Notes: a model not told the origin generated them from the sequence alone. DNA of 64,000 bases from Novakomyces olei (GCA_016906335.1 JADEYG010000001.1:1054001-1118000), one strand, 5' to 3'; shown: positions 21,434 to 34,346, numbered from the stretch's first letter. Made by a program: numbers and translations.

Positions 21434-21977
21434 TGTGGCTACGATACGGGCTGTCGCTTCGTCTTTGGACTGGTTTTTGCTCCAGTTGAAGAACTCCTCT
21501 TCTTATACTTGGGCTCGGCTCGTTACTTGCCGAATATCCCACTCTACAAAACTACTAAAGTAACTTACTTATTGCAGAAGTGCCAGAGTCCGCGCTCCAA
21601 GCGCTACTCTAAGCAACTTGCTACAATACTACTAATTAGACTAACTAAACTAGACTAACTAAACTAAACTACGAAGTTCCGACTACAGGCGTCGCCCCTC
21701 GCTTCCCAACGCGGCTGTCAGGGACTCGCCAAGGCAAGGATCATGACATGTGGCTACGATAAGGGCTGTCGCTTCGTCTTTGGACTGGTTTTTGCTCCAG
21801 TTGAAGAACTCCTCTTCTTATACTTGGGCTCGGCTCGTTACTTGCCGAAGATCCCACTCTACGAAACTATTAAAGTAACTAACTTATTGCAGAAGTGCTA
21901 GAGTCTGCGCTCCAAGCGCTACTCTAAGCAACTTCCTACAATACAACTAAATAAACTAACTAACTAAACTACGAAGT
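21363..21977. repeat. ~315-bp tandem duplication spanning an LTR E / internal / LTR C junction
   Basis: TCCGACTACAGG... starts at 21363 and again at 21678. Confidence 0.85.
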
Positions 21978-22022
21978 TGCTTACTCAAGTGCTCCCAGCA
22001 CCTTTCTAAGCAACCCCTGACA
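21803..22022 (-). repeat. Partial 3' LTR of a family C element
   Basis: Ends ...AACCCCTGACA as at 12507; adjacent PPT GGAGGGGGAGTAA on the minus strand. Confidence 0.88.
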
Positions 22023-22612
22023 TTACTCCCCCTCCAAGAGAGTAAGTCCCGACAACACTCTTTTCGCTGTCCCTGGTAGGTCCGTCCCGTAGACCTCTCT
22101 GTAAAAATCCACCATAGTCCGGTGTTCCTGTATCACCGCGCTTTTGATCCCTGGTCTCTTCTGGGCTAACTTGGCTTCCCAGTCGAGCACTCGCTGAAGG
22201 CATTCACAGTCATTCGCGGCATAGTTGTATCCAAGTAACGAGCTGTCCGAGACAGCGATAACCGCGTGAAGCGTTCCCGGTTCCATATTCAACATCATCC
22301 CTTTCCTCAACACACTGTAATGGAGGCTCTTAAGCGTAGGGAGGTGTCTTGGTATGACCCGACCCTGAGTAGAGCGATGATATTCCTCGTAAGTTCTTAG
22401 ATTCACTTCTGTAGGAGGCCACATCAGCACTACCTTCGTTCCTGATATCCCAAATATAACACTGCCGTACGCCACAGGGTCAATGTGGACGTTTGTAAAT
22501 GTCCCGGCAGGTGTCATGGTCGACGACCAATTCGTACTGTTCCCTTTGTGCTCTGGCAATGGCTCTAGCAGCAGCAAAGTTCCTTCCTCTGTCGGCGCAA
22601 TGTTATAAGCCG
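22023..22612 (-). pseudogene. 5'-truncated JmjC ORF3 of family C (open frame, catalytic motif intact)
   Basis: PAGTFTNVHID...GTKVVLMWPPTEVNL...EPGTLHAVIAVSDS; stop abuts LTR C; cut by LTR E at 22613. Confidence 0.85.
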
Positions 22613-23243
22613 TGTCATGATCCTCGCCTTGGCGAGTTCCTGACAACCAGGTTGGGAAGCGAGGGGCGACGCCTGTAGTCGGACTTGGGATGTCCGCGCG
22701 TCGCAAGCTTCGCCAACGCGGCCCAAGACCAGTCGGCGCGTAACGCGATGGTCTTGGGACGTAGAAGTTGTCTTAGTGCGCATGTAGGTACGCGCACTAA
22801 GCCAGCTTGGCCCACGGGAGCGAGGGGCTCCATGCACAATGTGCACGGACCTCGCTTCCCGTTCTCATTCTCGCACGCTAGCGAGTGCGACCCTTCGCAC
22901 TCCGCTAGCGCGAGAACATTCATAGTTATTTCATAGATTAGTTTAGGCTAAGAGCTTCCCTCTCTAACTTGTGCGACCTTCGCATAAGTTAGCTTGGGAA
23001 GAGTAGTTTAGAATGCGAAGGAGCATCCGCTCCTCCGCAACTTAGTTTAGTTTATAGTTGCCCGTGAAGGCCTCTCGCCCTTCACGGGTTGATTATCTCA
23101 AAGTGGGAGTAATATATTATATTACTCCTGGTAAGCCTTACAATAATCGCTTTCTGTTCCCTTGGTTTCTGTAATTCCTTTACTTCTATTTAGACTATAC
23201 ACGACCGGCCTCCAGCGGTTGTAGTTGTAAGGACCGTCTTACA
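22613..23243. mobile_element. Family E LTR, flanks not duplicated
   Basis: Nearly identical to 951-1581; flanks AGCCG vs CACTT. Confidence 0.9.
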
Positions 23244-23388
23244 CACTTACGCGCTTCGCGCGAGTAATGTCCAACATTACCTCGCGCGAGCTATTTAGAT
23301 CTATCTAGCCTGAAGTCATCGCCTTTGGCGCTACAGGACTTCAGGCGTCGTTCGCTGTCGTGGTTCACGCGAGGCGGGGATCATGACA

Positions 23389-23582
23389 ACCACAAAGATT
23401 GAGTCGAATCCCTTAGAAACCGGTAGCTTGACAATAAAATCAACCGAGATCGAGGACCAAGGACGTTTAGGTATAGGTAAAGGTGTAAGGAGTCCCTTCT
23501 TAAGCTGACGCGGGATTTTGTTTCTCTTGCACACAGTACAACCATTGACGTAGTCTTTCACATCCTTATGTAGTCCTGGCCA
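23389..23582 (-). pseudogene. Gypsy integrase fragment between two LTR remnants
   Basis: CTVCKRNK...PWSSISVDFIVKLP, closest to element B integrase. Confidence 0.85.
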
Positions 23583-23934
23583 TGTTAGGGGGTGACCCTG
23601 GGTGATGGACTAGCCCGATATCGCGCGGGCCGAGGCAGGAAGATGGGACGAACCAGAGTACTGTCGGTGATTATTGCAACGAGGAAACTAAGGAGCCTAC
23701 AGTTGCGAAGTATAGGCGTAACCCAAATTGATTTCACACAAGGGACAAGTAGAAGACAAGCCTCTATTTATAAGCTTGACCCTTGTGGTTAAACTATGAG
23801 AAAAACTATTCTAGAACTATCTAAGCCACATTAAACAAATAACTAAAAGTAATTAAAGTAATAAACTGGAAAGTAGAATAAGACTCGTCGCTATATCAAC
23901 CGTTCATAGCGGCCTAAATAGCGACTCCCTAACA
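23583..23934. repeat. Probable LTR (family G)
   Basis: TGTTAGGG...CCCTAACA inverted termini; no TSD. Confidence 0.7.
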
Positions 23935-24871
23935 CTACCCGCTACAAATAGATACAAAAACCGCCCCGAAACGGACTAGAGCACGGTGGTCTCTCCGGCT
24001 GGGACGATTACGGACATACACGTGGACAACGTGTTCCTGGGTCACGTGTTGGTTTGCGTGCTGGGAAGGAAATTGGTATTCGCCTGGCCACCGTCGGCTG
24101 CGAACCTTGACTACTTCGCGCAGTACCACCACAAGGTGGGGGATATGTTTTTGTACCAGGGCATTCATGAGCTCCAGGGGCTACATGTTTGTGACCTGAA
24201 GAAGGGATTCGCCTGCTACAGGGGACCCGGTTGACTCTATGCAGTGATCTCCTTGGAAAACAGTGCGCTCACTGGTTACAGCGTGATACCAGTTGGGCAG
24301 GAAAACACTGTGGAACGCCTAGTGAGGTGGGAATTGGAGACACTGTCGGCGGATTCGGACAACTCCGTGGCATTGGCAAATGTCTACGAGGAGCACACGA
24401 TTGGGGCTCAGGAATGGAGAAGAGCCAGAGTGAAAGGGGCAGATAGATTGGGTAGAATCAGTAGAGAAGGCCTCAAAGAATTAGAGCCCACTGTTCGGCC
24501 ATAGTGTAGATAGTAAAAATAAAATTAAAAATGACATAATTAAATTAAATTAATTCACTCCAAATAGGGAATTTAACCGATTTGGAGGAATATTTAATTA
24601 CTAATCATTAAATCAAGCCACTGATCGGGTATCTGTATCTTATCAATGATAAGGTGATTACTAATTGATCGGTTACTTCTGATCCTATCTGATTACTAAT
24701 TGATAGGAAAGTCTTGATCCTATCTCTTGGCAAATTACGAAGATAAGAGCTGAGCCTTGAAGTCTATAAAAGGACAAGGTTTTCCATAGTTTAAGGGTAG
24801 ATTTAATTAATCTAAAAGTTATAACAGTGAGTAATTTCCACAGTTATAACACCCACCCTGGGAGGGGGTAA
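23935..24871 (+). pseudogene. Pseudogenised second copy of element B JmjC ORF3, with inserted LTR H
   Basis: High DNA identity to 3633-4205; two Trp-to-stop changes, His-to-Tyr at the last metal ligand; PPT/stop at 24857-24871. Confidence 0.92.
24492..24851. mobile_element. Solo LTR (family H)
   Basis: TGTT...TAACA, TSD CCCAC. Confidence 0.9.
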
Positions 24872-25611
24872 TGTCACGAGTGTGACATGGCCTGTGTTAT
24901 AACTGGAAGTAACTCACTGTTATAACTCTTTAGATTAATTGAATCTACTCTTAAACTATGGAAAACCTTGTCCTTTTATAGACTTCAAGGCTCAGCTCTT
25001 ATCTCAGAGATAGGATCAAGACTTTCCTATCAATTAGTAATCAGATAGGATCAGAAGTAACCGATCAATTAGTAATCACCTTATCATTGATAGGTTACAG
25101 ATACCCGATCAGTGGCGTGATTTAATGATTAGTAATTAAATATTCCTCCAAATCGGTTAAATTCCGTATTTGGAGTGAATTAATTTAATTTAATTATGTC
25201 ATTTTAAATTTAAATTTTACTATCTACACTATGGCCTAACAGCCTGAGTAAGACAGCGAATGCTGCATTACTTAAGGATAAGGACTATATAGTTTTATAT
25301 AGTATTTCATAGCGATAGCACTAGGTAGTGCTATACAGCACCACCTTGTGCTATTACTTAGTTTCATAGAAGTCGTAGTGTATAGGAGGCTTCGAGGAAG
25401 ACTTTTTACACTACGCAATATCACAAGCTACAACTTGAAGTCTCCAGGTGTCTTAGGAGAATAGACTTAGCTTCTAGCTTTAGTTCCCTCAGTCTTTACC
25501 CACCGGAACCCCTATCGAAAGGCAGCGTGCTATCTGCCGCCCAAGGAGATTACTCGTCGTCGCGGCTGGACTCAAGCCGCGAGTCACCTAGTTGCAGGCC
25601 GACCCGTAACA
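24872..25611 (+). repeat. 3' LTR of an older element B copy, interrupted by LTR H (24895-25241, TSD GCCTG)
   Basis: Reverse complement of 3244-3632 with scattered substitutions. Confidence 0.92.
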
Positions 25612-25974
25612 GACCTTCGCATAAGTTAGCTTGGGAAGAGTAGTTTAGAATGCGAAGGAGCATCCGCTCCTCCGCGACTTAGTTTAGTTAGTTTAGTTTA
25701 TAGTTGCCCGTGAAGGGCGACTCGCCCTTCACGGGTTGATTATCTCAAAGTGGGAGTAATATGTTATATTACTCCTGGTAAGCTTTACAGTAATCGCTTT
25801 CTGTTTCTCTTGTGCCATTTATTCCTTTACTTCTATTTAGAACTATACACGACCGGCCCCAGCGTTTGTAGCTGTAAGGACCGTCTTACACGTCGCCCGT
25901 CGCTTCCCAACGCGGCTGTCAGGGACTCGCCAAGGCGAGGATCATGACATTCGGCGCCCTTTCAGTTTCTCACA
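25612..25974. repeat. Stacked LTR ends: E 3' half (25612-25890), inverted E start (25891-25949), A end (25950-25974); right boundary of the TE cluster
   Basis: Direct matches to 1314-1581, 951-1010 (inverted) and 11601-11625. Confidence 0.85.
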
Positions 25975-26541
25975 CTGACGAGCTACTGCCTCACGACATT
26001 ATGACCATGAGAATAGCATCGAACTCGAGGCAAAAATATCTTGCGGACCAATTTACAGCTTTCATACATAGTAGGTAGTCGAAGAAGTGCTCCTTCCATT
26101 TCTTTTGAGCCTTTCTATAAGACTTCCGTTAGTGGTTTAGGTCGATTTAAGGGGGTAAACCAGAAATAAATCGATGTTGGTTTAGCGTAACTCAAATATT
26201 AAGTTTAGGCCCTAAGCTTTCGGATTTAGACTCGATATTGACATTTAGTCAATAAATTACGGCGACGCATACATAAACTAAGTGTTTCAAGTGTCTCGAC
26301 TCTTGTCCGAGGTCTGATTGCCTGTACTGCCAACGTCTTTGCATTGAATGCGCCCGGAGCATGTGGAGCCATCAATTTTTAGACACTTGCTTATGTTAAA
26401 GCACATTTGTCTTGAGTGATTGGTTTTCGTTTGCATATAGCGTGTAATCTTCTAAATCGCGTGTCACGCTAGTATTAACCAGAATAATCATCATCATCTG
26501 ATCTCGAGATTCTGACAATTCGCTCGGAGACTTACAAACTT

Positions 26542-27304
26542 ATGAACGAGGATTTGACGGGCGTGTGGGGTCTGGCACAGGAACTGTCGCAGCGACTCGC
26601 TGAGCAGCAAAGGCACTCGCAGCAATTACGAGAGCAGGTACGAACGCTGCAAAAGCATGTTAGCAGCTCAGCCGTACAGACTCTACGAAGAATTCAAGGC
26701 ACATTGACTCGGGAAACTCTTGAAGGTGCTGTAATACGGGAAAATGAAGAGCTTACGCGTAGCATCGCTTATTATAAGCACCAAGTTGCAAACTTGTGTG
26801 CTCGTATTGATGATTATGAAGAAGCCGTTGCCGCAATCATGGCTAAAGTGCGAAAATACTCAGTATGCGACTCTTTTTGTTTCTTCATTTGTTCATATGT
26901 CCATTTGTCCCTATATTTGGATAATTTTAATTTTTTCATATATTGAATGGAGGCTATTATTTCCGCTATCTGTTTAGTTTTTGTCTTGTTCGATTAGTTA
27001 TATTATATTTTTTCTCGTTCGCTAATTTGCCGAGCACGATATACAATCAGGTGCATTGTACACGTCGCGAGGCTTTGTAAATGAGCTGACTCGTCAACGC
27101 GACCAAGTCGCGGTTTTACAAGCGAGTACGGCAGATGCCGAGTTCCGGGCTGCTGAATCAGCACGAATTTTGCGAGAGGCTCTTTCGCGTTCGCTTCAAT
27201 TGCAAAGTGGTGACGACGAATACATTGCTCGTCTAGAGAGCGAAAATCGTGCTCTTCGAAAAGCCTTGGAGATGTGTATTTGCCATCGGCCGAAGGCAGG
27301 TTAG
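26542..27304 (+). CDS. Coiled-coil protein, SIKE/Far3-like STRIPAK subunit candidate; intron 26863-27034
   Basis: N-terminus MNEDLTGVWGLAQELSQRL; coiled coils; C-terminal LESENRALRKAL; GTATGC...GCTAAT...AG intron joins in frame. Confidence 0.6.
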
Positions 27305-27330
27305 CACAAGATTACCACTATATATATATG

Positions 27331-28302
27331 CTATTCTAAATCGATAGACATGACAAGAGCACCTTCCTGCTTAATTAGACGCAAAGCCATTGCTACACGT
27401 GTATCAGAGCCATCGGCAGCACCCGTTAGTCGGCTGTACGCAGCAGCCAGTCGATCAGCTGTGTTCTCCAGAGTCTGAGCGACCTCCTTTCTGTTTGAGT
27501 TTGCGGGTAAATTTTGTACAGTGCACTCGCCATCCTCGCATTTCAAATCAAAAGAGTGTCCGTTCAAAAATATTCGCATGCTGGACGAAACATCTCCTTC
27601 TGGCACAAAGCCGTACGAGTACAAGAATTCGCCAGCGCCCTTGTCACCATATGTTATAAATATCTGTTCACCTGCAGCAATAGGCCGAATAGATTTTAAT
27701 GTAATCGTGTCGTGTGAAACGAACCATTGAGCGTTTGGAGTATTTGAGTGGTTTACATAGTCGAGAATCGGCACTAGGCTTGTCCCGAGACCGGGTACGT
27801 CGAGAGCCCGGCTGCGTACTAGAGCATCAGCTCTTTTCCATAGACCAAATATGGCATCAGACTGTGCATTGACTCCATAGAATATTGGCATATTCGCTAT
27901 CTGTTCCCACTCTGTTTTTAATGCCTTTCTCTTTGCGCTCACTGCTGGCCCGATAGCAGTACCTTGGAGCACGTAGTCGGCCAATTCTTCCGGCCAGACT
28001 GTTGGAAGCGCTTCTTCTCCCCTCCATTCGTTCGCCAAAGGCGTCCAAGGCACATGACGACCTAAAAGACTGGCCAAGACGGCGATCTTTAGGACAGTGT
28101 ATGGATCGAGCTCCGGTATTTGCAGATCCAATGCTTTGTATACCGCTCTGCACGAAATGACACTGTTCAAGGGAACGCACAAACACGATTCAGCATCGAT
28201 AGATTTGGTGGCATAAATACCAGTGCCGTCCACGTCGCTGTAGCGCAATTCTACCTTTGGCGAAAGCTCAATGCTGTGCTTTATCGCCCAGGCGAGAGCC
28301 AT
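27331..28302 (-). CDS. SET-domain protein lysine methyltransferase (Rkm/SETD3-like)
   Basis: GTGIYAT, LVPILDYVNHS, GEQIFITYG, FLYSYGF. Confidence 0.88.
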   Translation of the reverse strand: MALAWAIKHSIELSPKVELRYSDVDGTGIYATKSIDAESCLCVPLNSVISCRAVYKALDLQIPELDPYTVLKIAVLASLLGRHVPWTPLANEWRGEEALPTVWPEELADYVLQGTAIGPAVSAKRKALKTEWEQIANMPIFYGVNAQSDAIFGLWKRADALVRSRALDVPGLGTSLVPILDYVNHSNTPNAQWFVSHDTITLKSIRPIAAGEQIFITYGDKGAGEFLYSYGFVPEGDVSSSMRIFLNGHSFDLKCEDGECTVQNLPANSNRKEVAQTLENTADRLAAAYSRLTGAADGSDTRVAMALRLIKQEGALVMSIDLE

Positions 28303-28449
28303 TCTGCCTGCATTGTGCTATATGTAATCCGACTATTGGATAAATTATGGTAATTATGGTAATTATTACGATTATTATATTACGATTGCCATATTACACT
28401 ACTGTTGGATTGTGTTTTATATATATGCGACGGACGAAATAATATAAGC

Positions 28450-29541
28450 ATGAGTCGCACACGGGGCCGTGCGCCTTTAGATGCGCCTGGCGCGCAGAGC
28501 ACACATGCCGAAGAAGCTTCTGTTTGGATCAATGCTGTTTCACAGCTGCGCTCAATTGCGGAATTGCACCAAAAAGCAGACGGTCTGGCAGCAGAGGCGA
28601 ACCGGCTGCAGCAACAGCAAAGCCGCCTTTCATCAGGTAATTCTTCGCCTGCGATCGCCTGCGATTACTGCTAACTCGCGCTAGACGTGCCGGTTGATGT
28701 GCTCGACCAGCTCACTGACGTTTACCAGCGCGGAATTGCCTCCACCGAGCAAGAGCACAAGTAAGATTTAGAGTGAGAACAGTATCGGTATTAACCAAAG
28801 AACAATCGTCTCTGCACGAGAAGCTTTAGATATTTTGATTGCGTTAAGGCAAGCCAGCGAGGCTGCTGTGGAAGACAACAAGCGTAAGCGCAAGCAGGAT
28901 AGTCTAGAAGTGCCCGAGATGGGGGCCCGAAAAAGACGTGCACGAAGGTTTGTTTTTTCATCCTCAATATACCAGCTTTAATGTTTACTAATATTTAGTC
29001 AGTCCGTCGCCCCCGACCCATTCACTGTCGGGGTACAGGTGGCTTTCCGGCGACCGCAGAAAAGCGGCGAGGAGGAGTGGATTCAGTGTATTATTACAAG
29101 AGTGATTGGCGAGGGACCGAAGCAGAGGTGGGCATAAAAGAAGGGAAAATTGTTGATTTAGTTTTGCACTGGTTTCCCATCCGCTTTTTTTCTTTTTCAT
29201 GAAAACTTGCTAATCATAATTTTCAGATTTGAAGTTCAAGATCCTGAGCCTGATGACGCGGGTCAGCCGGGCGAGTATGCTTTTATATTTGAAACTACTG
29301 ATCGTGCAGGACGTTTAAAACAACAAGCGCAAATCTGATTGCACTCCCGGTTTCCCGTGATAATTTGCCATCTTTGAGTACTGGGCAAAGAGTGCTGGCA
29401 CGATATCCCGAGACGACTGTATTTTATCCTGCGCAATTTCGGTCTGCACGGCGCGACGGTATTTGCAAGCTCGTTTTTGACGGTGACCAGGGAAAAGAAA
29501 CTGAGGTGGACCGACTGCTCGTTCTGGAGCGGCCAAAGTAG
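28450..29541 (+). CDS. SGF29: SAGA-associated factor 29 (tandem Tudor), multi-exon
   Basis: EEWIQCIIT, FEVQDPEPD, VLARYPETTVFY, LVFDGD; several GT-AG introns. Confidence 0.85.
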
Positions 29542-29787
29542 GTATAGAATGTATATAGTTGTATAATGAAGTGTATAATTAAAGCGGGATTGTGTAATTG
29601 TGTAATTAATAGCCAGTGGTATACATAATATCAGCAAGACGTTTAAAGTTTTCGGGGAAGAAATGATTTACAATTAACAATGATCTTTATGTCTGTTATG
29701 TATTAATAACGTCTTGAATAGGGCATTGAACTCGCTCTCCGCCGATTTTTTGGCGTCTCCAAGTTGATGTCTGAGATTAACCCTGAC

Positions 29788-30020
<233 letters not shown>

Positions 30021-30142
30021 CATCATTGCTCGCATATGTAAATCTAATTTGAAGCAAGGAATCCTGCCTCTACAGGAAAACCCTGCTCTCGACCATTCGC
30101 GGCAATTGACCAAAGTGCTTCAATTGCACATCATAGTCAACG

Positions 30143-31642
30143 ATGTCGCGGCCGGTGGTGGTCGACCTCGGCACCGGTTTCATTAAATGCGGATTCGCGG
30201 GCTCCAATTTCCCTGAGTACACTTTCCCTTCTATCGTCGGCCGTCCGATTCTGCGAGCAGAAGAGCGGGCTGGCGATACGGAGATCAAGGATATTATGGT
30301 GGGAGATGAGGCAGCTGCCGTACGATCAATGCTGCAAATCAGCTACCCGGTAAGAATTGTGTACCCGAGCCCAAGTAAGCTGACTTGTGTTTCCCGTGAA
30401 GTTGGAGAACGGTATCATTCGTAATTGGGACGATATGCAGCATTTATGGGACTATACTTTCCACGATAAGTTGAAAGTGGATACTCGCGGGGGCAAAGTG
30501 CTTTTGACGGAGCCACCAATGAACCCTTTGGCCAATCGTCAGAAAATGTGCGAGACCATGTTTGAGACTTATGGCTTCGGCGGTGTTTACGTAGCTATTC
30601 AAGCTGTTCTTTCTCTTTATTCCCAAGGTAGGTATTAACGGTCAGATTGGCTTTCATTTGACTCTTGATGTATCAAGCTTTGGTATTAGTTTACTCTTCG
30701 CTCTTGTCGATGTGTATTATCTCTGTGTTTTTTCTTTTGCGGCATCCGCTTGTTTAGAGATCTTTGGAAAACATAAACTCGTGCTCGCCGACTAGCATGT
30801 TCAGCATTTCTTTTTACATCATTTGTTCTTTTTATCGAAAATATCATATAATTGCCTTTTTTTAATTAAGGAGATAAATAATAAAACAAAACTTACCTAC
30901 GCAAGGATTGTCGAGCGGTGTCGTTGTCGATTCAGGAGACGGAGTGACTCACGTTGTACCCGTCTACCAGTCGGTAGTCCTGAACTATCTGACACGCCGG
31001 CTTGATGTCGCTGGTCGTGATGTTACGCGGCAGTTTATAAAATTGCTTTTGCGCCGTGGCTATGCTTTTAACCGTACTGCCGATTTTGAAACAGTTCGAC
31101 AAATGAAAGAAAAATTGGCTTATGTCAGTTACGATTTGGAACTCGATCATAAACTCTCCGAGGAGACTACAGTGCTCGTGGAAAACTATGAGCTTCCGGA
31201 CGGCAGAATTATTAAAGCAGGCTCAGAGCGTTATGAGGCTCCCGAGTGTCTGTTTCAGCCACATTTGGTCGATTGTGAACAGCCTGGGATGGCCGAGATG
31301 ATTTTCAATGTAGTGCAGGCTGCGGATGTGGATATACGTAAAGATCTGCTTTCTGGTATCGTCTTGTCCGGCGGTTCTAGCATGTACCCCGGTCTTCCCT
31401 CCCGTTTGGAAAAAGAGCTGAAACAACTTATTGTGGCAAATGTGCTAAAAGGCGATGTTGAGAGATTGCGCAAATTCAAGATTCGTATTGAAGACCCTCC
31501 AAGGCGAAAGCATTCAGTTTTTCTTGGAGGTGCTGTCCTGGCGCAGATTATGGAGAACAATGATGCAATGTGGGTCACAAAGCAAGAATGGGAAGAACAA
31601 GGAATCCGTGCTCTGGACAAGCTAGAAGGCCGTACTGCTTGA
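30143..31642 (+). CDS. ARP2: Actin-related protein 2; introns 30350-30401 and 30628-30905
   Basis: [49 protein letters not shown]. Confidence 0.96.
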
Positions 31643-31874
31643 GTTAATAAACATAAAATTATTCAATCGACGATTGGTATTGTACGGTTTGAGTAGAAAT
31701 CTAAAGTAGATTCAACTTGATAATGAGATTGCATTTATTTAGCTTACTTTATCAATACTGTTATTCAATTCAAACAATTTACTTTCAAATAATCAAAGAT
31801 CAAAAATCATAATTCAGTGACAAAAGAGCAGAAGAATATCAAACATCTTCATCTCTCCTGATCCAACCCGAAAA

Positions 31875-32854
31875 TCAACGATGACCTGTAGCCTGAAGGT
31901 AGACTTTCCCGTCGCCTCCGTACCAATCGATGACCGTTGTCCTTTTCCCACTGAGCACATACAGTAGTGTCCATGTTTGCTCTGCAGCACAGCGCCAAGT
32001 ATACACTCGAAGTGTATCCCTTTCTCCCAGCCCGATATCTTCTTCTGCCTCTATACTTGTTCCCGTGAGATGCACCGTAATCCAACCACAACGACGACGT
32101 GAAACGATCTGCTTTAATTTTGTCCAAATTCCCAGTTTAGCTTGCTGTGGCCAGTCTGTCAATGGTACGCACCAATGGCCACGTTGCTGGGGGCAACAAA
32201 CCCTAATTTGCTCCACAAATTCTAGACACTTTTTCGCAGGGAAAGCACCCAGTGTCGGAGGTACAAGATCAAGCGGCTGATCAACGCTTACGTTCTCTGG
32301 TTCAATAAAAAACTTGCGCAGTATCGAGTCTTGACTGCTGGGCAGTTCTATATCTTGATCTTTTCCACTTGTAAAATGTAGCCTTGTCTTTGTCGTATCG
32401 TTTTGATCAGTGTTCCGTGCTGTGTATTGGTCATTGCGCTGTAGATTTGTGGCAGACTCCTCTATAATAATCAACTCTGCGAGTGACGGAGTGGCATGGA
32501 ACTCTGGGAACAAGTGTGGAAGCCGATCGGGTGAAGTTACAGAGGAAACGGAGCTGGAAACAGTGCCTTGCAAATCCAAAGGCGCTCCTTTTCCATATAC
32601 AAAAGTGAGACTGTTTTTTGTTTCTGGCTTTGAGCTCTGAGAGTCGGAAATTTCGCTCACTGAACCGACAAGGGCGAGAATTGTACTGCCGGGCTCTTGC
32701 ACTCGACGGCCTTCAAACTGTGAGAGACCTTCTGCCTCGCGCCTGTATCGAGCATCGTCGGCACCTGTACTCGGTGCACTTGTGTGAACTGCACACACAT
32801 GTTAGCGCAAATTTTTAAGGCTGCCTTATTACCCAATACTTTAATCGGTCTCAT
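31875..32854 (-). CDS. Hypothetical protein (probable short 5' intron)
   Basis: 307-aa open frame; upstream ATG with a GTAATA...GCTAAC...CAG intron. Confidence 0.6.
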
Positions 32855-33125
32855 CCATTGCCTCGACAGTGGACGTGATGTAAATCACTCGAGGACCAAA
32901 ATAATTAAAATTAATATTAAAATTAAATAAACAAAATTAAAAAGTATTGGTAACGGGGAGCTAAAAGTAATTATTGAGATAAAAACAAGGGATACAGATA
33001 TAACATATGGACGACTATCGATACCGATATTTTCAGCTGATAAGGACTAGAAAAATATGCAGCAAATTGACTCAATTTTTGTGGATAAAACATTGGTGAT
33101 AACTCGTTGATCGATATCAGTAGTA

Positions 33126-33952
33126 ATGTTTGACAGACTCGGTGAGGCTTTTCATCCGTCAAGTACCTAACCAGCAGTCTTTGTAACAGGCAATGCGAAC
33201 AAATTGCGCGAAGTAAATCATATACTGGGCTCGGCTGTTCAATTGCAGTCTCGCTCCATAGATTGTAAGGTCGGATTTTCGCGATAATTAACGACAATAT
33301 AGTACCAGAGATCCAAGGAACAGTCGAGGATGTTGCTATAGCAAAGTGCGAGGCGGCTGCCCAAATTGTAAGTTTATATCCTGGCAGCTGAGAGCGATGA
33401 ATGTTAAAAAATACCGTGAATAATCTATTTCTAATCGGCCATCTATTTTATTAGAAGGCCTTTTTTGATTTCTACTCTGTATTGTCTTTCTCGTCGATTA
33501 TGGGGTTTATTTAATTGTCATATCGTTACAGTACTTCTTTGAGGCCTTTCTAACATCAGATAAATGGCCCTGTCTTGACGGAAGATACAGCTCTGGCGTT
33601 CAATGCTCTCAATGGGCTTCCCGGCGCATATATTAAATGGTTCATGCAAGCAGTTGGGCATGATGGACTGAATCGCATGCTGGCCGGTTTTAAAGACAAA
33701 AGTGCTGTAGCAATATGCACTTTTGCTCTTAGTGAAGGTCCTGGAAAGCAGGTGAGACTGTTCACCGGGACGACAAATGGGGCTATTGTGCCAGCCAGAG
33801 GCGAGACGACTTTTGGATGGGATCCAGTATTTCAGCCTGATGGTTACAAAGAGACTTTTGGCGAAATGGATAAAGCAGTGAAGAACAAAATGTCCCACCG
33901 TTACAAGGCGCTGCAATTACTGAGAGAAGCACTTGAAAATGAAAGCAAGTAG
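33126..33952 (+). CDS. HAM1: Inosine triphosphate pyrophosphatase (Ham1/ITPA), multi-exon
   Basis: [54 protein letters not shown]. Confidence 0.93.
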
Positions 33953-34346
33953 CGAGATCAAAGTCGGGTTTGAATGATGACACTATTTAGAGGGGACCTA
34001 TAGACAAAAAAATTTTAACTTTACAAGCACAGAAATTCAAATTGACACTTTCTTGACATATTAAATATACATTGTATCTGATTTGTTTTGATGTAAACAA
34101 TTGCCTTCTTTTTATGTGTTGATATTCGATGTGAGTGGCAACATAGACGCGTTACATCACCCACACTGATCGTTTGGAAGCCAATGGCTGATAAAAAATT
34201 GAAGAATTCTCCGCATCTACGGCACACAGTACGCACAGATTTATTCGTGAGTCTGTTTAAGCTGTAAAGCACAAACCAAACACTCTGCCGCTGTTTGCCC
34301 CAACAGATTTTGCATTGTCGTAGCAAAGTACAGCCCAAGCCATGCG

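Noticed and set aside
22613-22706. N-terminus MRRADIPS... of ORF 22023-22706
   Set aside because: Derived from the inserted LTR E, not part of the JmjC protein
23935-24491. RIP signature in the decayed JmjC copy
   Set aside because: Some C>T/G>A changes, but transversions and T>C also occur, and near-identical repeats persist unmutated
27331-29541. SET and SGF29 genes beside the TE cluster as part of the JmjC system
   Set aside because: Ordinary host genes outside any LTR; adjacency is probably coincidental
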